Positions 63,010-64,000 of a stretch of DNA of 64,000 nt are shown one piece after another (position 1 is the first letter of the stretch; every line of letters starts with the position of its first letter). The translations under genes were made by a program, and so were the position numbers. The DNA comes from the human T2T-CHM13v2.0 reference genome, Homo sapiens, in NCBI RefSeq assembly GCF_009914755.1, contig NC_060945.1; one strand, 5' to 3'. A model generated the notes under the pieces. That model saw nothing but the letters and a program-made list of their open reading frames with translations, ran no database searches and was not told where the DNA came from.

Positions 63010-63300
63010 GTATGTCCCTTTGCCAAGTTCCCTAGCCTGATGGTGGCCAAAAGCGGCTAGTTCAGGGAGGCCCCAGGCTGCAGGCGGCCTCTTCCTGCGG
63101 TTCCCCCAGGCTGTTCCCGTGTGGCCTGGGGGCATCTAGGGACCGATGGCAGCTGTGGCGGCCCATCGAGAATTGTTCTCAGAGTTCAGAGGGGCCGTCG
63201 GTGCCACTGGTCCCTGGATCTGAGCTGGAGGGAGGTGCCGGGTTGTGGCAGCTGGGCCAGTGTGGCTGGGGCTGGGGTGACCCTGTGCTTCCCCTTGCAG

Positions 63301-63530
63301 CTGTACTCACTCAGCCAGGACGGAGTGCTGTGCATGTGGCAGTGTGACACGCCCCCCGAGGGCTTGCGGCTGAAGCCCCCTGCGGGCTGGAAAGCAGACC
63401 TGTTGCAGCGGGAGGAGGAAGAGGAGGAGGAGGAGGACCAGGAGGGCGACAGAGAGACCACCATCCGGGGAAAAGCCACTCCGGCCGAGGAGGAGAAGAC
63501 AGGAAAAGTGAAGTACTCACGGCTGGCCAA
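63301..63530 (+). CDS. PWP2: PWP2 exon 7 (gene continues beyond window)
   Basis: Acceptor cttccccttgcag; LYSLSQDGVLCMWQCDTPPE...acidic E8 run...VKYSRLA; donor AA|GTAGGT. Confidence 0.94.
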
Positions 63531-64000
63531 GTAGGTCTCTGAGGTGTGGTGGGCTGTGGCGGGGCACTCCTGTGGGAATCTCTTGCCCCCAGAGGGATCT
63601 GGATGTGGGGTCCCCAGGGCCGAGGAGTGGGAGGTACAGAGAGCAGGCCTGCGTCTCAGGGCCCCGGTTTGAGCACCCTCGAGTGCTTGGGTGTTGACCC
63701 TGCCCCTTAAGCAGGGTCCCTGCCTCGGCTGTCTGAGCTGCCTGTGTGCCCAGGGCAGGGCAGAGGGCGGTGGGTAGGGGTGCATAGGGGGCAGGGAGGT
63801 GTGCGGGCACTCCGTGACGGGAATAGCAGCACCTTGGGCCCTAAGGGGGTTGGGAGTTGTCTGTGGCCCCACCAGCTTCTGTGGAGTTTGGTGTGGGCGA
63901 TAGTCCCTTGGCCTCGTGCAGGGAGATGCCGGGAGAGCGTTTGGCAAGGGTGGAGGGAGGGACCGGGCTGTGAGTGGGCGCAGCGAGTGGTCTGAGTCCT

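Noticed and set aside
63010-63020. PWP2 intron 6 donor GTATGTCCCTT as a second U12 intron
   Set aside because: It reads GTATGT (a U2-type donor), not GTATCCTT, and the acceptor has an ordinary pyrimidine tract.
62177-63947. 287-aa (+), 201-aa and 253-aa (-) ORFs overlapping PWP2
   Set aside because: GC-rich shadow or antisense frames across real exons and introns, with no recognisable domain.

Overview
Human-like genomic DNA, recognised from protein sequence as the chr21q22.3 TRAPPC10-PWP2 locus. The + strand carries 20 coding exons of TRAPPC10 (TRAPPII subunit, Trs130 homologue), from a partial exon at 1-90 to the stop at 51143-51145. These are followed by a ~3 kb 3' UTR and, less than 1 kb further on, the CpG-island promoter and first 7 coding exons of PWP2 (WD40 SSU-processome protein, UTP1). 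I placed exons by hand from GT-AG boundaries and reading-frame continuity. Exon numbers assume the 23-exon TRAPPC10 model and come from memory. Introns are dense in Alus (more than 30 copies or fragments) and also hold L1/L2/MIR remnants, a MER21-type LTR, MER20, near-full-length but dead HSMAR2 and Tigger1 DNA transposons, and two minisatellites. Repeat boundaries are approximate. Most ORFs in the supplied track are artefacts of Alus, tandem repeats or high GC. I found no supportable new biological system. The best leads are RNA-processing features: a U12-type (minor spliceosome) intron, an intronic alternative last exon, a candidate in-frame TDP-43-type cryptic exon next to a (UG)18 tract, and inverted-Alu arrangements around exons.
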